64,000 nucleotides of DNA from a virus. The notes below the pieces were generated by a model. That model made no database searches. It saw nothing but the letters and a program-made list of their open reading frames with translations, and was not told the origin of the DNA. The DNA lies in the IMG/VR virus record IMGVR_UViG_3300025435_000016, positions 1 to 64,000 of that record, one strand, 5' to 3'. Every line of letters starts with the position of its first letter. Positions within the stretch are counted from its first letter, which is position 1. Positions 9,597 to 20,237 of this stretch are shown here, piece by piece. The position numbers and the translations under genes were made by a program.

Positions 9597-12500
9597 ATGT
9601 CACTACAAATCGAAACACAGCCTTTTCAGTTTAATAGCTCCGTTACAGGTTTATCTAGTGCTATCTTTAACTCAGTTTCTGCTGTATCTCTATCAGGTAT
9701 ATTCTATGGCGATGGGTCAAACTTAACCGGTGTTAGTAACTATAATGGATCTGATATAAAAGCCCTCACTGGTAATTGGCAATCAACCTTTACTACTGTA
9801 TCAGCTAAGTCAGGTAACTGGAATACAGCCTATAATAATGCAATCTATACAGTTAACGGTACCGCTAATCAAATTGTTGCAACCCCTACTGGAGCAAATA
9901 CAGGAAATAACTCTGTTACAATAAGCTTACCAAATAGTGCAATATTTCCTGGTGATGTTTCTATTATTGGTAATTTAACTATAGCAGGGTCAGCTACCTA
10001 TATTAATACTAAGAATCTCATAGTAGGTGATAACATTATCTATTTTAATGATAACAATTATGGAAGCAATACCCTGGACATGGGTATTGTTTCTCATTTC
10101 TCTCAAGCCCCACTTGGCTACAACCATACAGGATTAATAAGAAGAGCAGGACAGGGAAACCCAGGTGTTTGGACTTTATTCTCTGGGTTAACAACTGAAC
10201 CAGCATCTGCTACAAATATAGATTGGAATGATAAGAATATTGTAATTGATACATTAAGTGCTAATGTATTAGGAAATTTATCCGGTAGCTATGTAACAGT
10301 TGGCACTGGTAATAGTAATCAATGGAATAATACATATACAACAGTACAAAACAATTCAGCCACTACTTGGAACTATCAAGGAACAGATTTAAAAGGGCTA
10401 AGTAGCAATTGGCAATCAACCTATACTACTGTATCAGCTAATAGTGCTAGTTGGAGTACAGCTTATACTTGGGTCAATTCAAACTCCGCTAATGCAACCT
10501 TTTCAACAATTAGTGCAGCAGCTCTTAGTACAACCAATATCTATAGCTATGGTAATGAAACAGTTTTATCAGATGGTGTAGGTAATGATGACTTAGGAAA
10601 TGGAGCTAATACATTATCATTAAATTTTGCTGCAGGTGTTTATATTGGTGGCTCAGGTTCTTTAACTCTTTCTGCTGTTAATGGTACAGTTGGTACATTT
10701 AGCACTTCAGTTAGTGCTCCAGCTTTAAGTGGTGTTCATTATGGTGATGGCTCTAAATTAACAGGTATTAGTACATATACAGGTTCTGATGTTAGAGCAT
10801 TAACTGGTAATTGGCAATCAACATATACAACAGTTCAAAATACTAGTAGTAACTGGAATACAGCTTATCAAACAGTTTCCACAATACCTTTTACCCTTAA
10901 TCAATCACTCTCTTCAACAACTACTCTTATTGGCTCTAATACAGCTAATAATACATTCTCAGAAGTCTTAGGAGGTCAGTGTAATTTAGCATCTGGAACA
11001 TATTCAACAATTGTTAATGGATTCAGTAGTTGTGCTACAGGTTATGCAACATTTGTAGGAGCAGGATCTGGTATTAGAGCTACAGGTTCATATGCTGTAG
11101 CTGTTGGTGGTCAGTGTAATACAGCTTCAGGATGTTATAGTACTGTTGGGGGTGGTATTAAAAATAAAGCTAGTACCAAATGTTCAACAGTCGTTGGCGG
11201 TTCGAGTAATACAGCATCAGGCTATGGAACTGCTGTAGGTGGTCAAGGCAATACAGCTTCTGGAGCATATGCAACAGCTTTTGGTATTAATAATAATGCA
11301 TCTGGTCAGTCAGGGGTTGCATTAGGTTGTAATAATTGCGCTGGAGGGCAAACATCAGTTGCCTTGGGTGCTTATAGTACTGCTTCTGGTTGTAGAAGTG
11401 CTGTAGTCGGAGGATTTTGTAATACCTCTTCTGGTTTTTACTCAATCATTGGTGGGGGTTATGGTAACTACAACCCATTAAGAGATTCTCAAATTGTTGG
11501 AGGTGTTGCAAACCATACTGGTGGTTATGCTCCTTCAAACTTTGTAACTGGTACTTCATTATCTGGTAATGGTTCATGTACCTGTATCTGTGGTACTAAT
11601 ATTCAGAACTGTTTCTCTTATCCCTTTACATCTGGTAACATTTCTGTTTATTATGCAACAGCTGCTAACCCATTAAGTGCTGGTACATTTAGTACTGCTA
11701 CAATTGCTGCAACTGGTACAAACTATGTTATTCTTAATACAGACTATAGTGCATGTTCAAATGGATTAAGTGCAACGAGCTTATATGTCTATGATAGAGC
11801 AATTAATAATACAGGTTATGATAACTTTATAGGTGGTGGAAAGCTTAATACAGCCTCTGGTTGTTATGGAGTTGTAGGTGGTGGTCTTTGTAATCGTATA
11901 TTAGCCAGTGCAAATAATACCCCTGCATCTTTTTCAACAATTGGTGGCGGTCAAAATAATACAGCTTCAGCGTATTTTGCTACCGTTGGTGGTGGTCAGA
12001 GTAATTGTGCAATTTGTAAGGGTACTGTTGGTGGCGGTCAGGGTAATACAGCATCCGGTTATGGTTCTTTTGTAGGTGGTGGTCAGTCTAATAACAGTGG
12101 AGGTAGAAACGCTGCAATTACTGGCGGTTCAACTAATTGTATTGCAGGCTCAAATGCTTCATTTATTGGTGGTGGCCAGTCTAATTGCGCAGCAACTGGA
12201 GCATGTATAGTAGTTGGAGGTGGTGTATCTAATACAGTGAGTGGATCGACTTCAACGATTGTTGGTGGTAGATACAATTATAATCCTCTTTATACTTCTG
12301 ATATTCATGGAGGTACTTTTAACCATACTGGTGGTTATATTCCTTTAAACATTGTTACAGGTGCAGCACTATCTGGTAATGGAGTATGTAGTTGTATTTG
12401 TGGTTCAGGTATTCAGACCTGTTTCTCTTCTATTGCTAGTAATTCTATTTTTGCTTATTATTCAACAGCAACAAATCCTTTAAGTTCTGGGACATATACA

Positions 12501-13685
12501 ACAGCTACTATTACAGCTTCTGGTACAAACTATGTTATCTTTAACAAAGACTTTAGTGCTTGTTCAAATGGCTTGTCAGCAACTAATTTATACCTCTATG
12601 ATAGTACTGTAAACAATAATGGATGCTTTAACTTTATTGGTGGCGGTGCATTGAATACAGCTTCTGGTTGTTATAGTGTATTAGGTGGTGGTGTATGTAA
12701 TTTAACATCTAGTGCAAAAACAACAGTTGGCGGTGGTGTTTGTAATTGTGCTACTGGAGCCTGTGGTACAGTTTCTGGTGGATATAAAAACACAGCTTCT
12801 GGAACATATAATTTCGTAGGTGGAGGAGCCAAAAATACAGCCTCAGGTAACCCTGGTAATGTTGTAGTAGGTGGTTTAGGTAATATTACTAATGGTAGAA
12901 ATGGATTTATTGGTAGTGGTAATGGTAATACATCTTCTGGTGGCTATAGTGCAATTGTAGCTGGAGCATGCAATTGCTCGTCAGGTACTGTATATCCAAT
13001 ACCTGCAGCACAATTTATTGGTTCAGGTTGCTGTAATAGAACAAGTAATAGCTTTACATCTATCATTGGTGGTCTCTGCAATACAGCTTCAGGTAACTAT
13101 TCCTTCGTTGCTGGAGGTTCTGCTAATGATACAAAGGGATTTGCTAATACCTTTATCTTAGGTACAGGATTAAGTGCAACACAGGCTAATACAACATATG
13201 TTAATAATATTAGTGCTCAGGGTATTGTTTATAGCAATCCTCCAGTGTTCAGTGGTTATGGTGTATCACAAATTACCTTCCCAACTGGCGTATGGGCAAA
13301 GGTTGTTATCGATACAAAAGAAACTGATACCAATAATAATTTTAATACTTTAACCGCCGCTGGTGGTTTAAGCGGCAGGTTTACGCCAACCATACCTGGC
13401 TACTACCAGTTAAACGGATCTATACAATTATCGGTAGGTTCCCCTGCTACTTCGTCTGCTATATTTGCAATATATAAAAACGGTGCAGAATTCAAAAGAG
13501 GCGGTCGCATGCCTTTAAATACAGCAGGTGTTGGCTTGACTATAAATCAAATTGTATCAGCTAATGGTACAGGTGATTATTTTGAGCTCTATCTCAATCA
13601 AGGTTCATCGAGTACAGTACAAAATGAAAACTCGAGCCCGAATGTTAGTCCGCAGTTTAATGGCGTCTTTGTAAGAAGCTTATAA
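9597..13685 (+). CDS. large fibre with SxNWxSTYTTV repeats, YadA-head-like repeats and C-terminal C1q-like domain
   Basis: 1362 aa; DTNNNFN...RFTPTIPGYYQLNG. Confidence 0.75.
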   Translation: MSLQIETQPFQFNSSVTGLSSAIFNSVSAVSLSGIFYGDGSNLTGVSNYNGSDIKALTGNWQSTFTTVSAKSGNWNTAYNNAIYTVNGTANQIVATPTGANTGNNSVTISLPNSAIFPGDVSIIGNLTIAGSATYINTKNLIVGDNIIYFNDNNYGSNTLDMGIVSHFSQAPLGYNHTGLIRRAGQGNPGVWTLFSGLTTEPASATNIDWNDKNIVIDTLSANVLGNLSGSYVTVGTGNSNQWNNTYTTVQNNSATTWNYQGTDLKGLSSNWQSTYTTVSANSASWSTAYTWVNSNSANATFSTISAAALSTTNIYSYGNETVLSDGVGNDDLGNGANTLSLNFAAGVYIGGSGSLTLSAVNGTVGTFSTSVSAPALSGVHYGDGSKLTGISTYTGSDVRALTGNWQSTYTTVQNTSSNWNTAYQTVSTIPFTLNQSLSSTTTLIGSNTANNTFSEVLGGQCNLASGTYSTIVNGFSSCATGYATFVGAGSGIRATGSYAVAVGGQCNTASGCYSTVGGGIKNKASTKCSTVVGGSSNTASGYGTAVGGQGNTASGAYATAFGINNNASGQSGVALGCNNCAGGQTSVALGAYSTASGCRSAVVGGFCNTSSGFYSIIGGGYGNYNPLRDSQIVGGVANHTGGYAPSNFVTGTSLSGNGSCTCICGTNIQNCFSYPFTSGNISVYYATAANPLSAGTFSTATIAATGTNYVILNTDYSACSNGLSATSLYVYDRAINNTGYDNFIGGGKLNTASGCYGVVGGGLCNRILASANNTPASFSTIGGGQNNTASAYFATVGGGQSNCAICKGTVGGGQGNTASGYGSFVGGGQSNNSGGRNAAITGGSTNCIAGSNASFIGGGQSNCAATGACIVVGGGVSNTVSGSTSTIVGGRYNYNPLYTSDIHGGTFNHTGGYIPLNIVTGAALSGNGVCSCICGSGIQTCFSSIASNSIFAYYSTATNPLSSGTYTTATITASGTNYVIFNKDFSACSNGLSATNLYLYDSTVNNNGCFNFIGGGALNTASGCYSVLGGGVCNLTSSAKTTVGGGVCNCATGACGTVSGGYKNTASGTYNFVGGGAKNTASGNPGNVVVGGLGNITNGRNGFIGSGNGNTSSGGYSAIVAGACNCSSGTVYPIPAAQFIGSGCCNRTSNSFTSIIGGLCNTASGNYSFVAGGSANDTKGFANTFILGTGLSATQANTTYVNNISAQGIVYSNPPVFSGYGVSQITFPTGVWAKVVIDTKETDTNNNFNTLTAAGGLSGRFTPTIPGYYQLNGSIQLSVGSPATSSAIFAIYKNGAEFKRGGRMPLNTAGVGLTINQIVSANGTGDYFELYLNQGSSSTVQNENSSPNVSPQFNGVFVRSL
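11001..11132 (+). repeat. second copy of 132-bp fibre block
   Basis: encodes YSTIVNGFSSCATGYATFVGAGSGI in both genes. Confidence 0.85.
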
Positions 13686-13717
13686 TGTCGAGCTAGTTAA
13701 AATATAATGTAAATCAT

Positions 13718-14530
13718 ATGTCTAAGATTATAGTTAATAATAAGACCAGTGGGTATAGTACAAATATAATTAAATTTAAAAACACTAGATTAATAACTCG
13801 TACCTCTGTATCAAATATAACTGTAACATATCTCATTGTTGGTGGTGGGTCTTCTGGGGGCACAAGTTATACAAACGCAGGTGGTGGTGGTGCTGTTGTA
13901 ACAGGAAATAATTCATATAGTTTGAATTCTCCATATTCTATAAGTGTAGGTAGTGGTGGTATTGTTAACAGTGGAGCTGGCGGCGGTACAATAACTTCTG
14001 GTGTATCTAGTGCTTTTGCAAACATTACAGCTAACGGTGGGAAGAGCAGCACTCTTGTAAGTAGTGCTTCAAGTGGCTCTGGATACGCAGGAGGGGTAAG
14101 TTATATAGATGGATTTGGCCAGACTTACGGTGGAGGTGGAGGTGGTGCGGCAGGTGTAGGTCAAGATGCTGGTCAATCTATCGGTGGACCACCAGGAGAT
14201 GGTGGACCGGGAATTACTTCTTCAATAACAGGAACATCTATAGTTTATGGTCAGGGTGGCCAGGGTGGTAACGATCAAACAGGGAATCAGGGTGGCGCTG
14301 GAGGTGGTAATAATACAGGAGGTGGTGGTGGCGGTGGTGTTTCTAACGCAAATGGAAATACCCCCGCTGACGGAACAAATGGAGGTTCTGGTGTTGTTGT
14401 TCTTCAAATACCTCTAACACGCACTGCATCTTTTACAGGTTCTGTAACATACTCAACACCTACTACTTCAGGTTATAAAACATATGTTATAACATCAACA
14501 ACTGGAACCTGTTCGGTAACTTTTTCTTAA
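13718..14530 (+). CDS. glycine-rich adhesin-like protein
   Basis: YLIVGGG...GGGGG...NGGSGVVVL. Confidence 0.7.
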   Translation: MSKIIVNNKTSGYSTNIIKFKNTRLITRTSVSNITVTYLIVGGGSSGGTSYTNAGGGGAVVTGNNSYSLNSPYSISVGSGGIVNSGAGGGTITSGVSSAFANITANGGKSSTLVSSASSGSGYAGGVSYIDGFGQTYGGGGGGAAGVGQDAGQSIGGPPGDGGPGITSSITGTSIVYGQGGQGGNDQTGNQGGAGGGNNTGGGGGGGVSNANGNTPADGTNGGSGVVVLQIPLTRTASFTGSVTYSTPTTSGYKTYVITSTTGTCSVTFS

Positions 14531-14628
14531 TTTACGTACAGATACCAAGTAAAGTTGTTATTAAACTTAAATTTAAGATTCGCTTAATGTATAGCTCGAA
14601 TTTTATAGTTTTTTAAGTAAATACTAAC

Positions 14629-16437
14629 GTGGAACAAGATCCGTTTATAAACTTTCTATCTAATCTCACCGAGAAGATTAGTGTTGAAAAAGAGCATAAG
14701 GCGTTGATGGAGAAAATAAACTCCGAACAACCTACTCTAACGGTATCTCCATTAGAAGAAACTCTATCCAGATTACAAGAAAAAATAACTCAACAAGTTC
14801 AAGCTCATATAGAAGTTACTACGCCAAGGGAAGAAATTAAAGAAATAGTAATTAACGAAAATAAAGAAGAGCAAATATTAGAAGAAGAGAGTTTTGGTGA
14901 CTTTGTTAATAAGCTTGAAGATATTCTTAAAACACCAAGAAAAGAAATACCTATTCAGGATATTGTTAAAGAAGAGGCTCCAATTGAAGAAGAGCCTGTT
15001 GATGAAATAGAGCCAGAAATAAACCCCTATGTTCAAGAACTCAAGAAGCAATCAATTGAAAAACAACCGGAATCAAACAAGTATATTAATGACCTTGACA
15101 AACTTACAACAAAAGTTGTAGCTGAAAAACAGCCTGAAAAAATAGAAGATGTAAAGAAGTTAATCGAAGAGTATGTTACAAAATACGCTAGGAGAATTTT
15201 GGATCTCGGTGGTGGTGGTGGTTCGGTAGCTCAGCAATTCGCCAATGGTGGTACAATGAATGGTGACCTTAATGTTACCGGGCAATACCTTTCCGGTGGT
15301 GTTGATCTTGCTACTGTTATTTTAAGTGACTTTACTACAGGTAATATTGCCTTTAGCGGTAATCAGATTTATACAACAAATGGAAATAATATATTACTAA
15401 CTAATACATCTGTTACTGATTTAACTGCTAATAATATTACGACTAATAATAGTGTTAAGTCAAATAGTTTTTATACTGGTGGTTTAATCTTAAGCGGGTA
15501 TAATATTAACGCAGACCCTGCCTATCCATCATATCCGATGATTATAGGTGGTAATAATCTCCCTGGTGTAAGCTTTTTATGTCCTGTTAACGTACCAGGT
15601 ACTAGTTACTTCAGTACATTAAACGTTACTAATTTAAATGTAGTTAGTGCAACAACAACCAATACAACAGTATTAACAAGCTTTACTGTTGGTGTTAATT
15701 CATTAATACCCGGTCAGTTCAATCAAGAACCTCTAACAGTTTTAGCACAGGCTGTAGGATCTGTTTATAATCAAATTCAGAATTCGTATGCCGGGGTTAG
15801 CGCTAGTTCAGATTTAGCAATTTATAACGATACTAATATAAGCTATATTGACATGGGTATTAATAGCTCATTGTATAACGGTAATCTCTATTCACCGACA
15901 TTTAATGTTGTTGGTCCTAATGATTCTTATATTTATAGTTACGCCGGAAACCTTGGAATAGGTACAGCTACTAATAATAACTTACTATTTTTTACTGGTG
16001 GTACAACAACAGATAATCAAAGAATGGTTATTAATTCTTCCGGTAATGTCGGAATCGGTACTAATAATCCAACCCAAACATTAAGTGTCTCTGGAAATAT
16101 AAATGCTACCGGGACTGTTTATGATGGAACATCGAATTCAAATGTTTGGAATACAACATACAATTATGTTTCTAGTAACTTTACTGCAACTGCTCCAAAC
16201 TATTACGCTGTAGATACAACAACATCTGGTGTTACTGGATTATTACCCTCATCTCCGACTATTGGTAGAATTGTGGGCTTCATAGATCCATATTATTCTT
16301 GGGCTACGAAGAACTTTGTATTATCGGCAAATGTTAACATTGAAGGTCAAAATCAACCAATAGCTATGAATCTAGCCGGAATTGCACTTAAAGCACTCTA
16401 TCTAGGTGGTTCATATGGTTGGAGATTGACGCAATAG
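14629..16437 (+). CDS. fibre protein with acidic N-domain and poly-Gly hinge
   Basis: shares YARRILDLGGGGGSVAxQFANGGTMNG with 5859 gene and the GINSS/VVGPNDSY module with 3358 gene. Confidence 0.7.
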   Translation: MEQDPFINFLSNLTEKISVEKEHKALMEKINSEQPTLTVSPLEETLSRLQEKITQQVQAHIEVTTPREEIKEIVINENKEEQILEEESFGDFVNKLEDILKTPRKEIPIQDIVKEEAPIEEEPVDEIEPEINPYVQELKKQSIEKQPESNKYINDLDKLTTKVVAEKQPEKIEDVKKLIEEYVTKYARRILDLGGGGGSVAQQFANGGTMNGDLNVTGQYLSGGVDLATVILSDFTTGNIAFSGNQIYTTNGNNILLTNTSVTDLTANNITTNNSVKSNSFYTGGLILSGYNINADPAYPSYPMIIGGNNLPGVSFLCPVNVPGTSYFSTLNVTNLNVVSATTTNTTVLTSFTVGVNSLIPGQFNQEPLTVLAQAVGSVYNQIQNSYAGVSASSDLAIYNDTNISYIDMGINSSLYNGNLYSPTFNVVGPNDSYIYSYAGNLGIGTATNNNLLFFTGGTTTDNQRMVINSSGNVGIGTNNPTQTLSVSGNINATGTVYDGTSNSNVWNTTYNYVSSNFTATAPNYYAVDTTTSGVTGLLPSSPTIGRIVGFIDPYYSWATKNFVLSANVNIEGQNQPIAMNLAGIALKALYLGGSYGWRLTQ

Positions 16438-16439
16438 CT

Positions 16440-16447
16440 TATAAATA
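16440..16447 (+). promoter_or_regulatory. T4-like late promoter
   Basis: TATAAATA. Confidence 0.7.
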
Positions 16448-16456
16448 AACAAAAGT

Positions 16457-18454
16457 ATGATCCCCTTAACGTCGTTATTACAGCCTACTAGTAGCTATAC
16501 ATTAAACCCTGTAACCTCGTTAAGTGCCACAATTCTCAACTCTGTTACAGCTGTTAGTATTCTTAATCCTGTAACAGCTGTTAATATCGCTTCAAGCAAT
16601 GTAATATTACCTATCTCTGGTTCTGTTACAATTTTAAATTCTGTTACCTCTTTAAGTGCTTTTGTTATTAATCCTGTAACAGCTGTAACTATTCTCAATC
16701 CTGTTACCGCTCTTAATGTAACAAATACTATAGCAATTAGTACAACACAGACATTTTCTGTATCTGTGGTAAACCCACAAATTGAAATCACTAATGATAT
16801 TGGTAATCCAATACCGATTAATACAACTCAGACTCTTCCTGTATCGGGTAGTGTTACAGTAACAACACCTATAACATCATTACCATCTGGAATTCAGCTA
16901 GTAAGTAACGCGCCTGGCTATCAGCTTGATCAAACCGGTCGTGCGAGAACTGCTGTACTCGGTCAGCAATGGTGGTATAATTCAACAACCGATAAGGATG
17001 GTGATTATCGAATGATTGAATCCTTTACGTCAACGGCAACTAGTATCTATGTTCAGAATTATGCTAGTACATTGATGACGTCAGGAACGGCAAATGGAGC
17101 TACAGCAATAAGAACAAGTCGTCGTAGACATAAACTACGTCCTGGTGTTGGTATGCAGTATTTCGGCACCTGGTGCTGGGATGGATATGATACAAATGTT
17201 GTAAAACGTAAGGGTTGGTATACTAATTACAATGGAATGTTCTTTGAATTGTCTGGTGGTGATATGAACGCGGTTGTTCGTATGAGATTAATGGATGGAA
17301 CTCTACTGGAAACAAGAGTACCAAGAAGTCAATTTAATGGTGATAAGATAGATGGTAATGGACCGAGTGGAGAGAATTGGAATTTACCTGCCTTATCTGC
17401 TTATACTACTAATACTATTACCCCAACAGTTACTGCTGTTTCCGTTGGTAGTACCACTGTCTGGAATGTTCGATATAGTGTAACAAATGCAGCCCAGGCT
17501 AGTGCCTTCCTTATTGGTTCTAAAGTTACTGTAAATGGATTTACTCCGTTTACGTTTAATGGACCCGCTATTGTTCAGTCCTATAATACAGCTACGCCTT
17601 CTATTACTCTAACCTATCCATTAAGTGTTGGTAATTATAGTGCAGGGGCTAGTACTGGAAATATAATACAAACTGCCTTCCACGGTACTCATACCTATTG
17701 GCTTGATATTATTGGTGATAGAACAAATCAAGTTCGTTTCGGTAAGGTAACCGATAAGGGTGAAGTTATTCTACATACAATGGCCTTTGATGGTCAATTT
17801 GGTTCTCCTTATTCTAATGCCCCAGCAATGCCTGTTAGAAAAGAAATTTACAATACAGGAACTGTTAATTATAATCCAACAATATCTATGTTTGGTTGCT
17901 CTATTAACGTTGAAGCAAGTGTTGAGCTTAATCCTTACTTTTCATCAGTATATAATAATACACCAATTAACTGTAATCTGAACCAAGAAGTAGTTATTCT
18001 AGGAGTCGGTCAGCGATTTGGTGAACCATGGCAACGAGGAGATATTCAAGTTCAGAGTATTGGCATTCAGGATACAGCTAATCCTCCAGGAAAGAATGCA
18101 AACAACTCTATTATCTTTTGGCGTCTTTTATTAAACCCTGGATTAAGTGGAATGCCGACTTCTGTTAATACAGGTAAGTCTATTCAGTATTGGCCTTGTA
18201 CATCAACAACAGGTTTAACGGGTAGTCAGCCTAGTGGATATGCTAATATGGGAGGTGGTTGGGAGTTGTTAACCGGATACGCACAATCTGGTGACACTAT
18301 TAATGTTAATACTCAATTAAACTTCCTTAACCTCGGATCTAATATTCAATACACAGATGCCGATAAAATCTTCTTAACTGGTAGAATAATAACAGCTGGT
18401 GGCAATACCCCGGCGACTTTAGTAGCTAACATGAACGTAATTGAATCTCTTTAA
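16457..18454 (+). CDS. putative virion protein, paralog of 41056-42873
   Basis: N(P/S)VT(A/S) N-terminal repeats; SRRRHKLRPG...NGMFFE. Confidence 0.6.
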   Translation: MIPLTSLLQPTSSYTLNPVTSLSATILNSVTAVSILNPVTAVNIASSNVILPISGSVTILNSVTSLSAFVINPVTAVTILNPVTALNVTNTIAISTTQTFSVSVVNPQIEITNDIGNPIPINTTQTLPVSGSVTVTTPITSLPSGIQLVSNAPGYQLDQTGRARTAVLGQQWWYNSTTDKDGDYRMIESFTSTATSIYVQNYASTLMTSGTANGATAIRTSRRRHKLRPGVGMQYFGTWCWDGYDTNVVKRKGWYTNYNGMFFELSGGDMNAVVRMRLMDGTLLETRVPRSQFNGDKIDGNGPSGENWNLPALSAYTTNTITPTVTAVSVGSTTVWNVRYSVTNAAQASAFLIGSKVTVNGFTPFTFNGPAIVQSYNTATPSITLTYPLSVGNYSAGASTGNIIQTAFHGTHTYWLDIIGDRTNQVRFGKVTDKGEVILHTMAFDGQFGSPYSNAPAMPVRKEIYNTGTVNYNPTISMFGCSINVEASVELNPYFSSVYNNTPINCNLNQEVVILGVGQRFGEPWQRGDIQVQSIGIQDTANPPGKNANNSIIFWRLLLNPGLSGMPTSVNTGKSIQYWPCTSTTGLTGSQPSGYANMGGGWELLTGYAQSGDTINVNTQLNFLNLGSNIQYTDADKIFLTGRIITAGGNTPATLVANMNVIESL

Positions 18455-18460
18455 AAGGAT

Positions 18461-18604
18461 TTACTTTCTAGTTCTACGACTAATACAAGCACCTCTCCCC
18501 TCGGCGACAATTTGTGAGCGGGTTTTATAAACAGTAACGGGAACAGGTTTTGACTTTTTATGGTTAAAAAGTTGATTAACGAATTCTCGAAATACCCGCA
18601 TCAT
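18461..18604 (-). CDS. 47-aa basic protein (not in ORF track)
   Basis: MMRVFREFVNQ...RRTRK; TAAATA upstream. Confidence 0.45.
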   Translation of the reverse strand: MMRVFREFVNQLFNHKKSKPVPVTVYKTRSQIVAEGRGACISRRTRK

Positions 18605-18675
18605 AGGATAAATTTATTTAGTGACCCTTGTCACCAAATTTACCACAAAGAGAAACTTTTAGTTAAAAAAGTTTT

Positions 18676-19221
18676 TTAGGCGTTGTATACGATAACGGGC
18701 CCACCAGCGCTACATGCAACCCCGGTAAACGGGCCGTAGATAACACCGACAGATGAGGCAATTGAAACACCAGTTATAGCGCCAACAAAGCTACCGGTAG
18801 CTGTAAGGCCGTTGAAGGTTGCACTTGTACCGAGAATCTGCAAAGCACCAAATGTACCGTAGGCCGAACCACCAGCCGTAATTGTTGTAAACCCACCCTG
18901 ACCTACGATAAAGTCTTCAGAGTTTACTACATAATTAAGAGTAGCGAACTTTGGATAGATACTAACAGCAGTAAGGGAAGGAGGCGGGTTAGTAGGTGTC
19001 CAGAAACTACCTGAAAGGGGCTGGGTACCGAGCTTAACGTCGGAAGGAATATAGGCTTGAGTATTATCAGGCCATGCATTATCGGTTACAATAACTGAAG
19101 AGATAGCAGGAAAACGATTATCACCTGTTATTTCAACATAAATAGCTTGCTCATATTGAGAGCGATTAACAACATATGAGGGATTATAAGCGTAAGGTAA
19201 AGGAATCTGCGGATCAGCCAT
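18676..19221 (-). CDS. putative virion protein
   Basis: late box upstream; C-terminal IYGPFTG...VIVY. Confidence 0.55.
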   Translation of the reverse strand: MADPQIPLPYAYNPSYVVNRSQYEQAIYVEITGDNRFPAISSVIVTDNAWPDNTQAYIPSDVKLGTQPLSGSFWTPTNPPPSLTAVSIYPKFATLNYVVNSEDFIVGQGGFTTITAGGSAYGTFGALQILGTSATFNGLTATGSFVGAITGVSIASSVGVIYGPFTGVACSAGGPVIVYNA

Positions 19222-19295
19222 AATATATAATTATTTAATGTAACGGTTATAAAAATAACAATTGTTTTTTTACTTTTAGAGCTTAATATATTTAT

Positions 19296-20237
19296 ATGTC
19301 TGATAAGTATATCATTTTTCATATTGATGGCGGAGCTGGTAAAAACGTTATTGCTACAGCGGTTTGCCGATCAATTAAAGCAGCTTACCCCGAGCATAAG
19401 CTTGTTGTAGTAACAGCATGGCCGGAGGTATTCCTCCATAACTCAAACATATATAGGGTATACAAGTTTGGTAATATTCCTTATTTTTATGATGATTACG
19501 TAAAGAATAAAGAATCGAAAATCTTAAGACTTGAACCCTATCACACTGAAGACTTTCTTTATCGCCGTAAACACTTAAGTGAAATTTGGTGTAACTTATT
19601 TGATATTCCTACAACTGGTGAAAAGCCTGAGATTCATCTCACTCAAAGAGAGCTCATGTTTATTGAAAGGCAGCTACAAAAGAATGGTCCTGTTCTTCTT
19701 GTACAATCTTCAGGTGGAGCAGAGAATCAACCCCATCCCTATAGTTGGGCTCGGGATTTACCCCCTACTATTGCTCAGGATGTAGTGAACTCTGTTAAGG
19801 ATAAGTTTAATAAAATCTTACATGTTCGTCGAGACAATCAACCCTCCCTTGAAAATACAATTCAGGTTACAGATAATCTAAGAAACCTATTTTGCTATAT
19901 ATCTTTAGCTGATAAGATTTTAGGCGTTGATTCCTTGGTTCAGCACGTTGCAGCTGCTTTAGGAAAACAAGCTACCGTATGCTGGGTAACGAATGATCCG
20001 AAAGTATTTGGCTATCAACTCCATAATAATATTCTAGCTGAAGGGCATAAGAACTTTAGTCATCAAATAGATCATTATCTTGATCAGGCAGATTGGATCG
20101 GTAATAACTTCTATCAGTGTGATTACGCCGACCTTAATCAAATCTTTAATAGAGAGCAGATTGTTGAATCTATTCTTGGTTCAAAGAATGAATTAGTATT
20201 TGATTTTGATGTTAATAAGAATACAATTACGTTATAA
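19296..20237 (+). CDS. GT-B glycosyltransferase (GT9/heptosyltransferase-like)
   Basis: FHIDGGAGKNV; LGVDSLVQHVAAAL. Confidence 0.7.
   Translation: MSDKYIIFHIDGGAGKNVIATAVCRSIKAAYPEHKLVVVTAWPEVFLHNSNIYRVYKFGNIPYFYDDYVKNKESKILRLEPYHTEDFLYRRKHLSEIWCNLFDIPTTGEKPEIHLTQRELMFIERQLQKNGPVLLVQSSGGAENQPHPYSWARDLPPTIAQDVVNSVKDKFNKILHVRRDNQPSLENTIQVTDNLRNLFCYISLADKILGVDSLVQHVAAALGKQATVCWVTNDPKVFGYQLHNNILAEGHKNFSHQIDHYLDQADWIGNNFYQCDYADLNQIFNREQIVESILGSKNELVFDFDVNKNTITL

Noticed and set aside
9150-11132. Diversity-generating retroelement TR/VR pair
   Set aside because: Mismatches are not confined to adenines of one copy, both copies are coding, and no reverse transcriptase is in the window
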